A DNA stretch of 52,081 nt from Akkermansia muciniphila (GTDB lineage Bacteria; Verrucomicrobiota; Verrucomicrobiia; Chthoniobacterales; Chthoniobacteraceae), in contig CAMCIN010000001.1 in NCBI GenBank assembly GCA_945874745.1, positions 1 through 52,081 on the forward strand. The letters run 5' to 3'. Below are more notes on the stretch, generated by a model, which had not been told where the DNA came from, did not search any database, and was given only the letters and a program-made list of their open reading frames with translations. Numbering within the stretch: the stretch's first letter is position 1. The stretch is not shown here.

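Noticed and set aside
12321-51907. Dozens of plus-strand (and off-frame minus-strand) ORFs of 60-677 aa inside the giant gene, e.g. 27170..29203 (677 aa), 42272..43807 (511 aa), 25523..26971 (482 aa), 38954..40195 (413 aa), 31076..32167 (363 aa) and 13670..14680 (336 aa).
   Set aside because: Their translations are Arg/Gly/Ala/Pro-rich with no domain-like motifs, as expected for stop-poor alternative frames of GC-rich DNA. Every one is fully overlapped by the minus-strand frame, which reads as recognisable folded domains. Recurrence of similar 'peptides' among them simply mirrors the DNA repeats of the real gene.
52031-52033. GTG at 52033 as the true start codon of the giant ORF, as implied by the ORF track.
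   Set aside because: The 16 codons between it and the window edge are in frame and stop-free, and they continue the same Gly/Thr/Asn repeat style. No signal peptide follows the GTG. The gene most likely starts outside the window.

Overview
The window is visibly GC-rich (not computed) and bacterial. The many autotransporter-associated beta-strand (PATR) repeats suggest Verrucomicrobiota/Opitutales-like origin, which is inference only. About 77% of it (12113-52081, minus strand) is one uninterrupted reading frame of 13,322 sense codons ending at TAG 12113-12115. The frame is still open at the right window edge, so the true N-terminus lies outside the window. It encodes a mosaic giant surface or adhesin-like protein. 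From N to C it contains:
- long beta-helix-type repeats and at least 26 PATR repeats
- three 6-bladed NHL propellers
- eight LamG (Laminin_G_3) domains and one L-type-lectin-like domain
- two copies of an unassigned ~195-aa domain
- a He_PIG Ig domain
- two [Ig - RCC1 blade - LamG - RCC1 blades] modules
- six ~82-aa Ig-like repeats plus an MBG domain
- 37 tandem I-set-like Ig domains
- a unique ~188-aa C-terminus with no recognisable anchor
The gene appears to be built from segmental duplication and cassette insertion into a repeated scaffold.

A second PATR-repeat gene (1-3908, minus) runs off the left edge. It is missing from the ORF track because it has no in-window stop. Between the two lies an ordinary housekeeping cluster: an OvoA-C-terminal-like methyltransferase, folP-cdaA (overlapping) plus a 48-aa YbbR-N-terminus-like micro-ORF, tyrS, a rhomboid protease, ilvD and a small membrane protein. 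I found no tRNA, rRNA, CRISPR array, transposase or integrase. All domain coordinates were placed by eye from back-translation and are good to roughly +/-30 nt.
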